Source of the DNA: Thermoanaerobaculia bacterium
GTDB taxonomy: Bacteria > Acidobacteriota > Thermoanaerobaculia > Multivoradales > UBA5704
Assembly: GCA_044226625.1 (NCBI GenBank)
Contig: JBGAGQ010000062.1
Coordinates: 1-36,671 of the forward strand
Length of the DNA: 36,671 nucleotides
Reading direction: 5' to 3'
The notes beneath the pieces are model-generated. The model made no database searches. It had not been told where the DNA came from and saw only the letters and a program-made list of their open reading frames with translations. This document shows, piece by piece, positions 12,151 to 21,692 of this stretch. A program made the translations under genes and the position numbers. The first letter of the stretch is position 1. The number at the start of each line of letters is the position of its first letter.

Positions 12151-12942
12151 TCAGCGGCCGTGCCGGAGGGCGTTGACGGCGAGGAACGTCGAGCCCAGCC
12201 CGATCGTTCCCAGCGTCGCGAACCAAACGAGCTTCGACGGGCTCCCCTCGGCGAACAACGCGATGTGGCGCATCGATCCGATCAGGGCGAGAACGGCGAA
12301 GGTCACCGTGCCCACGGCGGGAATCAGCGTCTCTTGCCAGTTCTTGCGCGCCGCGAGGACCAGGCCCGCGACGCCGTAAGCGAGCGTCGGACCGGAATAG
12401 ATCTGGGCGAGAAACGGCGAGATCTTCCACGGCCAGATCGTCGCGACCCAGGCCGGAGCGAAGAAGCAGGCGGCCGCGAGCAGCACGAGGAGCGTGCCCT
12501 GGACGCGCAGATAGACAGGGATCCAAGGCTCCCGGATGAGCCCCGTGTCGGGATCCGGACGCCGGGGGCCAGCCCACGCGAGCCACGCCGCCGCGATCGG
12601 AAACAGGATGTAGGCGAAGACCCAGAACCAGGGTTGCGGCCGCGAGAAATCGAACGTGTCCCAATGCATGAAGGTGATCAGGAGGAGCCAACCCGTCCAA
12701 GTGAAGGCCATGATGACGATGGTCCGAACCTGAAGCAGCGTCCGCGCCAAGAAGGAAAGAAAGAGGAACACCGTCGCCGAAAGGTAGAACGACCCGATGA
12801 ATCGCGCATGGAGCGGCGGTACCGGCCACGGCAGAGCCCGCAAGATCTCTTCCGGCCGAAAGAAGCCGAAATATCCGACCCACAAAGTGAACCAGATGAC
12901 GATCGAGAAATACACTCGATGCAAGGCCTGTGTCGGTTTCAC
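12151..12942 (-). CDS. Uncharacterised polytopic membrane protein, paralogue of 11281-12090
   Basis: LPWPVPPLHARFIGSFY and WPWKISPFLAQIYSG modules; TFMHWDTF matches TFVHWDRF of the neighbour; GTG start with GAGGGAG RBS. Confidence 0.8.
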   Translation of the reverse strand: MKPTQALHRVYFSIVIWFTLWVGYFGFFRPEEILRALPWPVPPLHARFIGSFYLSATVFLFLSFLARTLLQVRTIVIMAFTWTGWLLLITFMHWDTFDFSRPQPWFWVFAYILFPIAAAWLAWAGPRRPDPDTGLIREPWIPVYLRVQGTLLVLLAAACFFAPAWVATIWPWKISPFLAQIYSGPTLAYGVAGLVLAARKNWQETLIPAVGTVTFAVLALIGSMRHIALFAEGSPSKLVWFATLGTIGLGSTFLAVNALRHGR

Positions 12943-13002
12943 AATTGCTCCCTCTCTGGATGCATCGTTACTTTACCTTTCTGACGTACCTTACTTTTCT
13001 GG

Positions 13003-13410
13003 CTAGGTTTCGACGGAGCGGCGGCCACCGAGCCAGGCCGCGGCGATCCCGAGTCCGCCCAACAAGAGGTGGAACGGGTGATCGAACGGCTGCAACCCGA
13101 GCCCGAGCGCGCGGCCGCTCGCGAAACCGAGCAGCGCCAGTCCGGCGTAGAAGCTTCCGAATCCCAGGGCGAACCACCAGGTCGCCCGCTTGCCGAGGAA
13201 GATCGCAAGGAAAGCGAGAAGTGCCGTTGTAATGTGTAAAACGGAATGGACCGGCATCATGCGGGTGGTTTCGAGCAATGCGGGAACCATCCGATCGAAC
13301 CGCGGGAAGAGCCGAGCGGCCAGGGTGGTCGTTCCTTGAGCGAAAAGGAACGCGCCGCAAAACCAGGCATACGCGCGCGCCGGACCGCCTCTCCTCCGCA
13401 CCTCTCCCAT
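13003..13410 (-). CDS. Small membrane protein, DUF4383-like
   Basis: Four TM segments with HSVLHITTA and DHPFHLLLG His motifs; start re-assigned to ATG 13410. Confidence 0.6.
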   Translation of the reverse strand: MGEVRRRGGPARAYAWFCGAFLFAQGTTTLAARLFPRFDRMVPALLETTRMMPVHSVLHITTALLAFLAIFLGKRATWWFALGFGSFYAGLALLGFASGRALGLGLQPFDHPFHLLLGGLGIAAAWLGGRRSVET

Positions 13411-13634
13411 GGAAACCTCTCCCCCATCCAAGCCTTCACGCAACGTCACAAACGCCCACCGCGTTGCGTCGACGAAACGCGCGCTAGGCCCCTGTCCTGT
13501 CTCAAATGACGGGCCGGGATTCTGCCGTAGCGGGGAGTCGCACGCAAGCGAAGCCCATCGAAGCGAACGAATTCGCAACAAGCACAAAAATCTTATAGAT
13601 TGCGCGCAAGAATTCCTTCGATGGAGGAAGGCCC

Positions 13635-14594
13635 ATGAGACTCGACCGGACGTCTCCCCGGGTTGCTCGCTTCGCCGGCCTCTTCCTGGCCTTCGCCGTC
13701 TCGGGATGCCCACGCTCTGCGACCGTGGGGTCCACCCGCTCGACGCAGAACCTCACATGCGACTCGGCCGCGATCGAAGCGACTCGATGCGCGCAGGGGC
13801 TCGAACGGAGCCAGGATCGTTGCGCTTACGCCGAGATGATCGCCCGCGTTTGCGACCGGGCCGCGACGCGCTCGACTCCGGCCGCGGCGGCTTCCCTCGT
13901 CTCCGCCGCGAGCGCCTCCTCGACCTCCTCGGCCGGTAGCGGCTACGCGCCGCGATCGACCACGGTGTTCTATCGAGAGATCCCGGGCGGCCCGGAGCGG
14001 ACCGCGACCGGCTCGCCCTCGGCGGACCCGTGGGCACTCTCGTGCCAGGCCAAACAGGGTGCGGAGCTCGCGGCCTGCCTGCGATCGCGCTATCTCGTCA
14101 CCAACCCCGCCGTCTGCGCCGAGTACGCGAGGGCTTTCGGCGTGACCTCCTGCGGCACGCCGGGGGGAGGGTGGACTCGAGGCCCGAGCAACGAGCGCTG
14201 GGGAAGCGCGCGCCAGGCCCTCGATTACTTCTGCGAAAACGACCCGGCGGTGATCGGCTCGACCGGCCGCTCCGGCGGTTGGGACTGCGAGAGCACCGCG
14301 GTCGAATGGGCTCGGTTGGGCGCGTTCGGCGGCGAGGCGATCGTCACCGAATGGCAGCGGAGGAACGAGGCCCCGGTCTGCGGCAACCATCGACGCGATC
14401 CCGGCGAAACCTGCGCGAACTGCCAGGCCGACGCGGGTCCCTGCGTTCCGCCCCCGGCCGATCCGGAGGCGATCGACTGCTCGGGCCTCGCGCTCCCCTC
14501 GCCGGGTGCGCCCCTCTTCGTGACGTACCGTGCCGAGCTCGCGTCGACCGGTAGATCGGAGGTCCGCCAGGTCAATTGCCGCATGCGGCAGTAA
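13635..14594 (+). CDS. Cys-rich putative lipoprotein of unknown function
   Basis: GGAGG RBS; signal peptide with lipobox-like AVSGC; 16 further Cys; Ser/Ala linker; CGNHRRDPGETCANC resembles the CGxGxxxxGExC repeat. Confidence 0.65.
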   Translation: MRLDRTSPRVARFAGLFLAFAVSGCPRSATVGSTRSTQNLTCDSAAIEATRCAQGLERSQDRCAYAEMIARVCDRAATRSTPAAAASLVSAASASSTSSAGSGYAPRSTTVFYREIPGGPERTATGSPSADPWALSCQAKQGAELAACLRSRYLVTNPAVCAEYARAFGVTSCGTPGGGWTRGPSNERWGSARQALDYFCENDPAVIGSTGRSGGWDCESTAVEWARLGAFGGEAIVTEWQRRNEAPVCGNHRRDPGETCANCQADAGPCVPPPADPEAIDCSGLALPSPGAPLFVTYRAELASTGRSEVRQVNCRMRQ

Positions 14595-14867
14595 GGCCGG
14601 CGAGCCGACCGCCGATCGCCTCGCCTGCGAGAGCTCAGTTTGACCTCGTCCGCGCCTTGTGACATCCTTCACAAGCCGGTTTCACGATTCGGTCGTATCG
14701 AATCCGGAAACCCGGCCCGCATCATCCAAGTTTGAGGGCCTCCCGGCCCTGGCGGCGGCCTCACCGGCAAGTCCCCCGTTTTCCTCCTCTGCATCGCCGG
14801 AACCCATGGAGCGCGAGATGGGCTCGCCACGGCGAGACCGCGCGCCCGGAAAGACCTAGGTTCCCTC

Positions 14868-16532
14868 ATGTCCTTTTCTTCGTTCGGCCTTCACCCTTCC
14901 CTGCTCGCGGGAGTCCGCGACATGGGATTCGACCAGCCCACGCCGATCCAGCTCGACGCGATCCCGCCCGCGATGGACGGCCGCGACCTGCTCGCCTGCG
15001 CGATGACCGGCAGCGGCAAGACGGCGGCGTTCGTGCTGCCCACGCTGCAGCGCCTGCTCGGCAAGCGACCGGGAGTCACCCGCGCGCTGGTGCTCACCCC
15101 CACCCGGGAGCTCGCGGCACAGGTCGAAGAGAGCACCCGCGCGCTCGGCGCGCACACCCCGCTCAAGAGCGCGGCGGTCTTCGGCGGCGTCGCGATGGGC
15201 CCGCAGGAGCGGGCGTTCCGCACCGGCGTCGACGTCCTGATCGCGACCCCGGGACGCCTGCTCGACCATTTCCAGTACCCCTACGCGTCGCTGCCGGGCA
15301 TCGAGATCCTGATCCTCGACGAGGCCGACCGGATGCTCGACATGGGCTTCCTCCCGGATATCCGCAGGGTCTTGAAGCACCTGCCGCAGACCTCGCGCCA
15401 GACGCTGTTCTTCTCGGCGACCATGCCCCAGCCCATCGTGGCGCTCTCCCGCGAGCTCCTGACCTTCCCGGCGATGGTCAACGTCGATCGCAAGGCGGCG
15501 CCCGCCGACGGAGTCACGCAGACGCTCTTCCCGGTGCGCGACGACCTTAAGTCGGCGCTGCTGCTCGAGATGCTCCGGCGCGACGAGATCAAGAGCGCGC
15601 TCGTCTTCACGCGCACGAAGCACCGCGCGAACCGGCTCGCCGAATACCTGAACCGCAACGGCATCGCCTGCGAGCGGATCCACGGCAATCGGAGTCAGGC
15701 GCAGCGTACGCTCGCGCTCTCGCGCTTCAAGGAAGGCAAGGACCGCGTGCTGGTTGCGACCGACATCGCCGCCCGCGGCATCGACGTGGAGCTGCTGTCC
15801 CATGTGATCAACCTCGACGTGCCGAACATCCCCGAGGATTACATCCACCGCGTCGGACGGACCGCCCGCGCCGGTGCGGTGGGCGAGGCGTTCACCTTCG
15901 TCGGCGACGACGAGGGGGCGGAGCTCGCGGCGATCGAGCGGGCGATCGGCAAGAAGCTGCCGCGGAAGAAGCTCGAGGGCTTCGATTACGAACGCAGGGC
16001 GCAGGAGAAGCTCGAGATCCCGATCGCGGAGCGGATCGCGAAGATCCGGGCGCAGCGCTCCGAAGAGCGCGCTCGCGCACGGGAGAAGGCGGAGCGGAAG
16101 GCGGCCGGTCTGCCGGCTCGCCGGCCGGCTCCGAAGGCGGCGAGCCCGGCGCCATCGGCCCCGAAGGGCGAGCGACCGTCCGCCGCTCCGCGGCAGGAGG
16201 CGCCCCGTGGGCGCCAACAACCGTCCTCCAGATCTACGTCCGCGCAGACCTCCGGCCGGTCGTCCGCGCCGGCATCCGGTCGCGCTTCCGGCCAGACGCC
16301 GGGCCGACCGGCGCACCCGAGCGGCGGCGCTTCCGGCCGGACGCACCGGCCTTCGGGCGCTTCTCCGACCTCGGGACGGCCAGCGCAGGGGCGTCCCGCC
16401 GAGCGGGGAACGCCGATCGTTCCCTGGCACCTGCGGGGATCGTCGATCGCTCCCTCCCGCTCGGAGCAGGTGTCCGCCCCGGCACCTCGCTCTTCAGAGC
16501 CGGGTCGGTCGCGCAACCGTCGGCGCCCGTAA
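14868..16532 (+). CDS. DEAD-box RNA helicase (RhlE-like) with long R/S/P/G-rich tail
   Basis: Q motif PTPIQ, AMTGSGKT, PTRELA, TPGRL, LDEADRMLDMGF, SAT, HRVGRTARAG. Confidence 0.95.
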   Translation: MSFSSFGLHPSLLAGVRDMGFDQPTPIQLDAIPPAMDGRDLLACAMTGSGKTAAFVLPTLQRLLGKRPGVTRALVLTPTRELAAQVEESTRALGAHTPLKSAAVFGGVAMGPQERAFRTGVDVLIATPGRLLDHFQYPYASLPGIEILILDEADRMLDMGFLPDIRRVLKHLPQTSRQTLFFSATMPQPIVALSRELLTFPAMVNVDRKAAPADGVTQTLFPVRDDLKSALLLEMLRRDEIKSALVFTRTKHRANRLAEYLNRNGIACERIHGNRSQAQRTLALSRFKEGKDRVLVATDIAARGIDVELLSHVINLDVPNIPEDYIHRVGRTARAGAVGEAFTFVGDDEGAELAAIERAIGKKLPRKKLEGFDYERRAQEKLEIPIAERIAKIRAQRSEERARAREKAERKAAGLPARRPAPKAASPAPSAPKGERPSAAPRQEAPRGRQQPSSRSTSAQTSGRSSAPASGRASGQTPGRPAHPSGGASGRTHRPSGASPTSGRPAQGRPAERGTPIVPWHLRGSSIAPSRSEQVSAPAPRSSEPGRSRNRRRP

Positions 16533-16631
16533 CCCATCCGGAAGGCATCGCGGGCTGACGCGCTGCATTTTGCCGCTGTGCGGCATGACGTGGTAGCGTC
16601 GAACGGATCTCTCGACTAGGAGCCGCCCGCG

Positions 16632-18389
16632 ATGCCATCCGCTCTCGCCGCCCCGCCCATCGCAACCGCCACCGCCAAGCCGGCGGCCGGCGGTTTCCCG
16701 CCGACGCCGCGCGCCGAGATGGACGCGGCGTTGCGCGACCTCCAGAACGCCAAGCGGGCTTGGATCGCCGTATCGCCGGCCGAGCGGGTCCGGCTCCTCG
16801 CCGAGATGTCGCGGCGCACCCTCGCGGTCGCCGAGCGATGGGCCGCCCTCTGCACCGAGGCCGAGGGTCTCACGCCGGGCCATCCCGCCTGGGGCGAGGA
16901 GGCGCTCGTCGGCCCCTACTTCATGCTGCGCAACCTGCGGCTGATCGAGGCGTCGGTGGCCGACCTCGCGGCGGGCCGGAAGCCGCGCGTTCCCGGCCGG
17001 GTCCGCCGCCTCTCGGACGGCCGGACGGCGGCCCGGGTCTTCCCGTACGACGTCTGGGATCGGCTCTTCTATACGGGAGTCACCGGCGAAGTCTGGATGG
17101 ATTCCGGGGTGACGCCGGAAAACCTCCCCTCCACCCAAGCCGTCGCCTACGACCATCCGGAGGATCCCGGCGCGGTCTGCCTGGTGCTCGGCGGTGGCAA
17201 CGTCTCCGGCATCGCGCCGATGGACGCGCTCTACAAGCTGTTCGTCGAAAACCGCGTGGTCATGCTGAAGATCCATACGGTCAACGAGTACCTCGGCCCG
17301 ATCCTGGCCGAGATCTTCGCGCCGCTCGCCGACCGCGGCTTCTTCCGCATGGCCTACGGCGGCATCGCCGAGGGCGCCTACCTTTCGAGCCACCCCGACG
17401 TTGACGAGCTGCACATCACGGGTTCCGACAAGACCTACGACGCGATCGTGTTCGGCACCGGACCGGAGGGGAAAGAGCGCAAGGAGCGCGACGCCCCGAT
17501 CAACGACAAGCCGTTCTCCTCCGAGCTGGGCAACGTCTCCCCGGTGATCGTCGTCCCCGGCGATTGGAGCGATTCGGACATCGCCTACCACGCCGAGAAC
17601 CTGGTGACCCAGTTCACGAACAACGCCGGCTTCAACTGCAACGCGACCCGCGTCATCCTCACCTGGGCCGGGTGGCCGCAGCGCGAGAAGCTGCTCGCCG
17701 AGATCCGGCGGATGCTGGCCAAGGCCGACCTCCGCAAGGCCTACTACCCGGGAGCCGCGGATCGTTTCGGCCGCTTCGCCGCGGCGCATCCCGAGATGGA
17801 GGCGTTCGGGAAGGCCCAAGGGGAGGAGCTCCCGTGGGGGTTCATCGTCGGCGTCTCCCCGACCCAGGGCAACGACCTCTGCTTCACGATGGAAGCCTTC
17901 TGTGGTCTCGCCTGCGAGACGCCGATCGAGGCCGCGTCGGCGGCTGAGTTCGTGGACGCCGCCGTGCGGTTCGCCAACGAGACGATCTGGGGAACCTTGA
18001 ACGCCACCCTGATCGTCCATCCCTCGTCGCGCCGAGATCGCGAGGTGGGCCGCGCGGTCGAAAGGGCGATCGAAGACCTGCGCTACGGCACCGTCTCGGT
18101 GAACCACTGGGCGGCGATCGGCTACGGCGTGATCGTTTCGCCCTGGGGCGCCTACCCGGGGCACCCGCGGAACGACATCGGCTCCGGCACCGGCTGGGTG
18201 CACAACACGCTGATGTTCTCGCGCATCGAGAAGACCGTCTTCCGCGCCCCGTTCCGCGTCCTTCCCAAACCGGTCTGGTTCCTGACCCACAGGACCGCGA
18301 ACCGCCTCACCGCGAAACTCGGTGCGTTCGAGGCGGCCCCGTCGATCGCGAAGTTGCCGGGAATCTTCGCGCTCGCCCTGCGCGGCTGA
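16632..18389 (+). CDS. Aldehyde dehydrogenase family protein
   Basis: LGGGN, HITGS, SELGNVSP (catalytic Glu), NAGFNC (catalytic Cys), EAFC, LRYGTVSVN. Confidence 0.85.
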   Translation: MPSALAAPPIATATAKPAAGGFPPTPRAEMDAALRDLQNAKRAWIAVSPAERVRLLAEMSRRTLAVAERWAALCTEAEGLTPGHPAWGEEALVGPYFMLRNLRLIEASVADLAAGRKPRVPGRVRRLSDGRTAARVFPYDVWDRLFYTGVTGEVWMDSGVTPENLPSTQAVAYDHPEDPGAVCLVLGGGNVSGIAPMDALYKLFVENRVVMLKIHTVNEYLGPILAEIFAPLADRGFFRMAYGGIAEGAYLSSHPDVDELHITGSDKTYDAIVFGTGPEGKERKERDAPINDKPFSSELGNVSPVIVVPGDWSDSDIAYHAENLVTQFTNNAGFNCNATRVILTWAGWPQREKLLAEIRRMLAKADLRKAYYPGAADRFGRFAAAHPEMEAFGKAQGEELPWGFIVGVSPTQGNDLCFTMEAFCGLACETPIEAASAAEFVDAAVRFANETIWGTLNATLIVHPSSRRDREVGRAVERAIEDLRYGTVSVNHWAAIGYGVIVSPWGAYPGHPRNDIGSGTGWVHNTLMFSRIEKTVFRAPFRVLPKPVWFLTHRTANRLTAKLGAFEAAPSIAKLPGIFALALRG

Positions 18390-18402
18390 GACCGCGTCCC
18401 AC

Positions 18403-18678
18403 TCAGGCCGGCCGCGCGTACCGCTCGGCCGAGCGTGCGCGGGCCTTTGCCGCCTCGATCGCCCGGTCGCGCGGCGGCGCCGTCGTGGCAAGAGAACCGA
18501 GGAGCTTGCGCGAGGCCTCGGCGATCTCTTCGATCGCCGCCGCGAACGCGTCCTCGTTGGCCTTCGAAGGCTTGTTGAAGCCGGTCACCTTCCGCACGAA
18601 CTGAAGCGACGCCGCGCGGATTTCCTCCTCCGTCACCGGCGGGTCGAAGTTGAACAGGGTCCGGATGTTTCGGCACAT
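18403..18678 (-). CDS. DUF2277 family small protein
   Basis: MCRNIRTLFNFDPPVTEEEIRAASLQFVRKVTGFNKPSKANE signature; start re-assigned to ATG 18678. Confidence 0.9.
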   Translation of the reverse strand: MCRNIRTLFNFDPPVTEEEIRAASLQFVRKVTGFNKPSKANEDAFAAAIEEIAEASRKLLGSLATTAPPRDRAIEAAKARARSAERYARPA

Positions 18679-18974
18679 GGCTCGCGTCCTTTCGGCATCC
18701 TCGCCGCGTCGCTCCGGAGGGCAGCTCGATGTCGCGCGGCGTGAGCCCGGAAAGGCGCGCGCGGACTTCGAGATCGGGGAGATTCGCCAGGGCAAAATTC
18801 CCAGGGGATCCCTCCGGCGGTGTTATACGGATATTCTATTGGGCACAAACGTCGGCTCGGTTGGATTCTGAAAAGTCGGTCTGCATCGCTCGCGGCAACG
18901 CTCGGGCTTGCCACCGGAATTCCGGGGCGGCCCCGAACGGGAAACATCTCTTGGGGTGGGGGAAGGCTTTTTTT

Positions 18975-19868
18975 ATGTTCAAGGCTTGGTGTGCTTTGCT
19001 GTTGGTTCCGCTCGCGCTTCGTGGAGACGAGCTGCCTTCCTCGAACCTGCCGCCTCTCGGGGCGCCGACCTATCGGCGATCCCACCCGGTGGTGCTGTTC
19101 GACGAAGGGCATCACAACGTCCACTATCTTTCGACCGGCTACAAGCCGTTCGCCCAGGTGCTCGAGCACGACGGCTATCGTCCCGAGCCGATCCGCGAGC
19201 CGTTCTCGGACTCGAACCTCGCGGGCGCGAAGATCCTCGTCATCGTCAACCCAAGGAGCGCGGGGCGCGAGGTCCCGATTCCCGAACGCGGCCATCCGGC
19301 GTTCACGCCGGAAGAGGTCGCGGCGGTGGAGCGGTTCGTGCGGCGGGGGGGCTCGTTGCTGCTGGTCGCCGATCACTATCCGATCGGCTCGGCCACGCAA
19401 GGCCTCGCCGACGCGTTCGGGGTCGGATTGAGCAACGGCTTCGCGATCGATCCGAAGTTCGCCATTCCCGATCTGCCGCGCAGCCAGACGATCACCTTCT
19501 TCCGCGAGCAGGGCCGCCTCGGCGACCATCCGATCACGCGAGGTCGGAGCTCGAAGGAGAGAGTCGATCGGGTCGAGACCTTCTGCGGCCAGTCGCTACG
19601 CGGTCCGAGCGGCAGCACCCGTCTGCTGCTCCTCTCCGAGCAGGCGCAGGACGAGCAGCCTCCGGACCATCAGGCCAAAGTTTCGGCGGCGGGGCGCAGT
19701 CAGGGGCTCGCCCTCACCCACGGCGAGGGGCGCGTGGTGGTGATCGGTGAGGCGCAGTCGCTCACCAGCATCGTTGCGGATCACCAGCTCACCGGCTTCG
19801 GTCGACCGGACAACGACAACGTCCAGTTCCTGCTCAACGTCATGCACTGGTTGAGCCGCAAGCTCTGA
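18975..19868 (+). CDS. Secreted protein with DUF4350/GldG-like (class I GATase-like fold) domain
   Basis: Signal peptide; VVLFDEGHHNVH, FTPEEVAAVERFVRRGGSLLLVADH, GEGRVVVIGE, DNVQFLLNVMHWL. Start re-assigned to ATG 18975. Confidence 0.7.
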   Translation: MFKAWCALLLVPLALRGDELPSSNLPPLGAPTYRRSHPVVLFDEGHHNVHYLSTGYKPFAQVLEHDGYRPEPIREPFSDSNLAGAKILVIVNPRSAGREVPIPERGHPAFTPEEVAAVERFVRRGGSLLLVADHYPIGSATQGLADAFGVGLSNGFAIDPKFAIPDLPRSQTITFFREQGRLGDHPITRGRSSKERVDRVETFCGQSLRGPSGSTRLLLLSEQAQDEQPPDHQAKVSAAGRSQGLALTHGEGRVVVIGEAQSLTSIVADHQLTGFGRPDNDNVQFLLNVMHWLSRKL

Positions 19869-19894
19869 CAGATGTCGCCCTCCGGGGCGACGCC

Positions 19895-20056
19895 TCAAAA
19901 CGCGGCATTGCATCGGCTGCAGTGATGGCTCCCGTCGTGGCCGGCTTCGCGGTCGCACGATCCCTGCCAAGAGTTCGGGCAGTCGCCGTGTTGCTGGCCG
20001 CATTCGGAACCGTAGCCGGGATGGGTTTCCTTCGGCTCCTTCGACGAAACGTTCAT
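19895..20056 (-). CDS. Cys/His-rich microprotein, 53 aa (not in ORF track)
   Basis: AGGAGGT RBS 7 nt before ATG 20056. MNVSSKEPKETHPGYGSECGQQHGDCPNSWQGSCDREAGHDGSHHCSRCNAAF*. Fills the gap between neighbouring genes without overlap; a GC hairpin (19874-19891) follows the stop. Confidence 0.7.
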   Translation of the reverse strand: MNVSSKEPKETHPGYGSECGQQHGDCPNSWQGSCDREAGHDGSHHCSRCNAAF

Positions 20057-20121
20057 GGCCTGGACCTCCTACCGATTCCAACCGGCGGCGAATCGCGGGG
20101 ATTCCAAGGTCGGCGGCCCGG

Positions 20122-21666
20122 CTACTCCCACTCGATCGTCGCGGGCGGCTTGCTCGTCACGTCGTAGACGACGCGGTTCACGCCCTTCACCTCGTTGACG
20201 ATCCGGTTCGCGACGCGGCCGAGCAGCTCGTACGGCAGCGGGCTCCAATCCGCGGTCATGAAGTCCTGGGTCTCGACGGCGCGCAGCGCGATCACGCTTT
20301 CGTAGGTCCGGAAGTCCCCCATCACGCCGACGCTCTTGACCGGCAGGAGGACGGCGAACGCCTGGCTGGTCTTGCCGTACCAACCGCTCTCGCGGAGCTC
20401 GTGGAGGAAGATCGCGTCCGCCTCCTGGAGCAAGGCCACCCGCTCCGCCGTCACCTCTCCCAGGATGCGCACCGCGAGCCCCGGGCCCGGGAACGGATGG
20501 CGGGAGATCAACGCCTCCGGCAGACCCAGCTCGCGGCCGAGCTGGCGCACCTCGTCCTTGAACAGGGAGCGGAGCGGCTCGACGAGCTCGAAACCGAGCT
20601 TCTCGGGCAGACCGCCCACGTTGTGATGCGTCTTGATCACCGCGGACGGACCTTTGACCGAGGTCGACTCGATCACGTCGGGATAGAGCGTCCCCTGGGC
20701 GAGGAACGAAAGCCCTTCGAGGCGCTTCGACTCGGCGTCGAACTCCTCGATGAACCGGTGGCCGATGATCTTCCGCTTCCGCTCCGGATCCTCGACGCCG
20801 GCAAGGGCGGCGAGGAAACGCTCGCCCGCCTCGACCTTGCGGATCGGAATCCCGAGCCCCCCTTCGAGAGCGCGGACGACCTCGGCCCCTTCGTTCTTCC
20901 GCAGCAGGCCGTTGTCGACGAACACCGGCACCGACCGCTCGCCGATCGCGCGGGCGAGCAGCGCCGCGACCACCGAGGAGTCGACGCCGCCCGAGAGCGC
21001 GCAGAGCACGCGCCCCTCCCCGACCCGCGCGCGCACCCGCTCGACCGCCTCTTCGAGGTAGGAGGCCATGTGCCAATCGCCGCGGGCGCCGCAGGCGCCG
21101 AACAGGAAGTTCCGCAGCAGCTCCGACCCCGAGACGGTGTGCGATACCTCGGGATGGAACTGAATGCCGTAGAGGCCACGGGTTCGATCTTCGAAAGCGA
21201 CGATCGGAACGCTCTCGGTGGATGCGGTCGCGACGAAGCCGGCGGGAAGCCCGCGCACGCGATCGCCGTGGCTCATCCAGACCGTCTCGCGGGCGGTCAA
21301 GCCGTCGAACAGCAGACCCGGATCGACGACGTCGATCTCGGCTCGGCCGTACTCGCGATGGGCGCTCGGATCGACCCCGCCGCCCAGCTCGTGCGACATG
21401 ACGTGCATGCCGTAGCAGATCCCGAGCACGGGGATGCCCAGCTCGAACAGCTCGCGCGGCGCGGTCGCCGCCCCCTCCTCGTAGACGCTCTGCGGCCCGC
21501 CCGAAAGGATCAGACCGATCGGCGCCCGTTTGCGGATCTCCTCGAGCGGCAGGTCGAAGGAGTGGACCTCGCTGTAGACCCGGTGCTCGCGGACGCGGCG
21601 CGCGATCAGCTGGGTGAACTGGCTGCCGAAATCGAGGATCAGGATCGTCTGGTGCTCGGTGCTCAT
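20122..21666 (-). CDS. guaA: GMP synthase (glutamine-hydrolysing)
   Basis: [59 protein letters not shown]; start at ATG 21666. Confidence 0.98.
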   Translation of the reverse strand: MSTEHQTILILDFGSQFTQLIARRVREHRVYSEVHSFDLPLEEIRKRAPIGLILSGGPQSVYEEGAATAPRELFELGIPVLGICYGMHVMSHELGGGVDPSAHREYGRAEIDVVDPGLLFDGLTARETVWMSHGDRVRGLPAGFVATASTESVPIVAFEDRTRGLYGIQFHPEVSHTVSGSELLRNFLFGACGARGDWHMASYLEEAVERVRARVGEGRVLCALSGGVDSSVVAALLARAIGERSVPVFVDNGLLRKNEGAEVVRALEGGLGIPIRKVEAGERFLAALAGVEDPERKRKIIGHRFIEEFDAESKRLEGLSFLAQGTLYPDVIESTSVKGPSAVIKTHHNVGGLPEKLGFELVEPLRSLFKDEVRQLGRELGLPEALISRHPFPGPGLAVRILGEVTAERVALLQEADAIFLHELRESGWYGKTSQAFAVLLPVKSVGVMGDFRTYESVIALRAVETQDFMTADWSPLPYELLGRVANRIVNEVKGVNRVVYDVTSKPPATIEWE

Positions 21667-21692
21667 GCGCTCCTTTTTGGCGAAGCCTCGGG

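Noticed and set aside
16100-16532. Repeat-like low-complexity tail of the helicase as a separate element
   Set aside because: Basic disordered C-terminal tails are normal for RhlE-type DEAD-box helicases.
18785-18974. Possible riboswitch (GGGCAAA resembles the start of c-di-GMP-I) in the AT-richer gap
   Set aside because: The GNRA-capped stem and downstream GACGCAAAGC element are missing; more likely divergent promoters.
19870-20130. Genomic island integrated at the guaA 3' end
   Set aside because: guaA is a known integration hotspot, but no integrase or duplicated guaA end was seen in the window.
19922-20167. 81-aa + strand ORF
   Set aside because: Overlaps the guaA end and lacks an RBS; the minus-strand 53-aa ORF with AGGAGGT explains the region better.
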